Origin: an uncultured Deferribacteres bacterium
GTDB lineage: Bacteria; Zhuqueibacterota; Zhuqueibacteria; Zhuqueibacterales; Geothermadaptataceae
DNA length: 38,344 nt
Reading direction: 5' to 3'
NCBI GenBank assembly: GCA_964014485.1
Contig: CAXHAT010000066.1
Coordinates: 1-38,344, forward strand
Shown here: positions 36,394 to 38,344 of the stretch, in pieces
Numbering within the stretch: the stretch's first letter is position 1
Layout: the number at the start of each line of letters is the position of its first letter
The notes under the pieces: model-generated
Database searches by the model: none
Told to the model about the DNA's origin: nothing
Seen by the model: only the letters and a program-made list of their open reading frames with translations
Program-made: the position numbers and the translations under genes

Positions 36394-36881
36394 TGCCGTC
36401 GCTCCTTGGAAATTTCAAAAAAGCTTTGTTGATCTAAGCTATTTTGAAATTTGAGCTGTGCAAGTGAAAATGCATTGAAAAAGACACTTGTCGGCTAATT
36501 TATTCGCGCTTGGACCAAACTCCTGCGACACTTGGCATCAGCGCTCAAATTAGTTTTGATGCCCCGGAACGGCCAATTGTGGATACTCCCGGCAGAATTA
36601 AGTCGTTGTGAACCATTTGCTTTTATAAAAATATTAAATTTTTCTATAGAGGCGGGTCGAGACTTCTAGACAAAACCGATTATCATTTGAAATCTGTTTA
36701 TCAATTGATGAGAGTTTAGATTAGCTCTAACGACATACGTCTTTCAACCTCCTGGTTCGAATATTAGATCAAGGCCTGTCGAGTTGCTTTGGGTGATTCA
36801 AAAGGACTGGACAGCGTTGACTATGTTTAAATAAAGCTGTTTCCAACTGACCCAAAATTACAAAATCTATGGGAGGCTTTT

Positions 36882-38300
36882 ATGCAGAACTCAGAGAAGT
36901 TTTTTCGTTTTCGTCGGTTGATGCTTTTTTCGATGTTGGCTGCCTGCTTTTGTTCGAATAGATTGGCCGCACAGGACGATCACAAATTCGTAACTTGGGA
37001 GCAACTTGAGGCACCATCTTTAAGGCAAGTTGTGAGTATTGACGATTTGCTCTTTGGAAGAAGCGATTCGTCGCTGTATAAAAGCGCCAATCTGGGCAAT
37101 ACATGGAATGTTATAGAAACTGATTTCGCTTCGGAACTCATTTTAAAGCTTGATGCAGATGGTGAAACCCTTTATGTGATGACAACGAGGAGAATTTGTA
37201 AAACGAGTGATCGAGGCGAGTCTTTTGAGAACGTATTTGGCGGGATTAGCAGACTGGATTGGTTTCGTGATATGGATTTCGAAAAGGGGACAGGATGGTT
37301 CAATATCAGTAATTGGAGCACTTCTTATGGCGGGCCGAATAAAATTATTCCCGGACGCAGTCGGATGATGGTCAATGGAGATCTGCCGGAAGGATACCGC
37401 GGTGTTGTGAGCCGTATCATAGTCGATAAACTCGCACCTGATAGTGTTGCTTATACGTATGGCTATAGAGGCGATTCCAAATGGAAATACTTCAAAACGC
37501 TAAATTGCGGAGAAAATTGGGTCGAATATAACTCTGCTATCGGCAGGGTGCTTTTTAGTACGGTCATCAATGATACTTCTTTTGTTTTCACACGCAATCA
37601 GTATTCAAAAGACAGAGGAGAAACGTGGCATGATCTTGCTTTCTGCGCGGGAACATTTTTCGAAACAGGCGAAGAAAACAGGCTTCTGATTGCTGGTGAA
37701 CATGGTGGCGTCCATTTGGGTCCAATAGACGCTTTCCGCCCAATAGGCCTTCGGGATAAATCTATTATTTCACTTGCTATGGTCGGCAAAAGCATTTTCG
37801 CAATTTCACGAGATAGTTCAGTCTATCGAACTGACACGCCGGAGTTTGATAGCGGCAACATGCTTATTCAGGCTGAAAATTGGTCCAAAACAACGTCGTG
37901 CGCGGAAGAAGATAATATCAATATCCCTTTATTTGCCGAGGAGAGCCGCCCGTTTATCATCACCGCAACCCACCCAAAATATGAAATAATAAAAGATAGT
38001 TGCGCTGCGGACTTCTCAGGTTGCAATTGCTGGATTTTGCCATCGAATTCATTAGCAAGTTTCGAAACATGCACAAAACTATATGACGACGGCATGTATA
38101 TTGTCGAACTCTGCCGAGAAACAAACTGGTGGTTGGGCACAGATATGGAGCTTCAGATTGACGATAAAAAAGAAAGAGGGCACCGCCTAGTTATTTACAA
38201 AAAAATTCCTGGAAAGGATAGCTATCCTCAATTTTTTGTACTCTATCAAGATGGTAATTTGCGATTGATACCACATCCGCCAGACGGCGTCGAATCGGTG
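36882..38300 (+). CDS. Secreted protein with BNR/Asp-box propeller and an unknown C-terminal domain, truncated by the contig end
   Basis: RBS GGAGG, signal peptide and Asp-boxes (SANLGNTW, TSDRGESF, TLNCGENW, SKDRGETW). The apparent stop lies in adapter sequence. Confidence 0.8.
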
Positions 38301-38344
38301 CTGTCTCTTATACACATCTGACGCTGCCGACGAGCTTCTTGGTG
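38301..38344 (+). other. Illumina Nextera adapter read-through (artefact)
   Basis: CTGTCTCTTATACACATCT + GACGCTGCCGACGA + 8-nt index GCTTCTTG + GTG (start of the P5 reverse complement). Confidence 0.98.

Noticed and set aside
38301..38319. Genuine Tn5/IS50 end
   Set aside because: It is the synthetic mosaic end followed directly by Nextera adapter, index and P5 sequence.
1..38344. rRNA, tRNA, riboswitch, prophage or transposase genes
   Set aside because: None recognisable by eye; a covariance-model scan was not possible.

Overview
This is a 38.3 kb bacterial contig end, probably from an FCB-superphylum organism (KSB1/Calditrichota-like). That placement is inferred from a SusC/SusD pair, a GWxTD protein and a C-terminal 'FALHQNYPNPFNP' secretion-sorting domain. 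It holds about 22 genes, mostly envelope or secreted proteins: TlpA plus a DUF6029-like protein, a flippase, an OM barrel, an amidohydrolase, an N-terminally short Rho, an SDR, an Nramp-like transporter, an amidase, an FG-GAP protein, a GNAT, a MerR/TipA regulator with a 19-bp-spacer promoter, a 1908-aa FN3/F5-8 protein, a porin with an 11-bp-periodic Pho-like box, a HAD hydrolase, GWxTD, SusD/SusC, a PIN toxin-antitoxin pair, a VPS10/BNR hydrolase and a truncated BNR protein. Two non-genic patterns stand out. First, most intergenic gaps contain nested non-autonomous elements: TIR-bounded MITE shells (some with exact target-site duplications) carrying different REP-like hairpin cargos, plus 7-, 8- and 9-bp periodic inverted repeats, with no transposase in the window. 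Second, the TA pair sits between two diverged copies of the 3' end of the VPS10/BNR gene, consistent with an integrase-free 3'-end-replacement insertion. The last 44 nt are Nextera adapter, not biology. All calls come from reading the sequence by eye, with no database searches.
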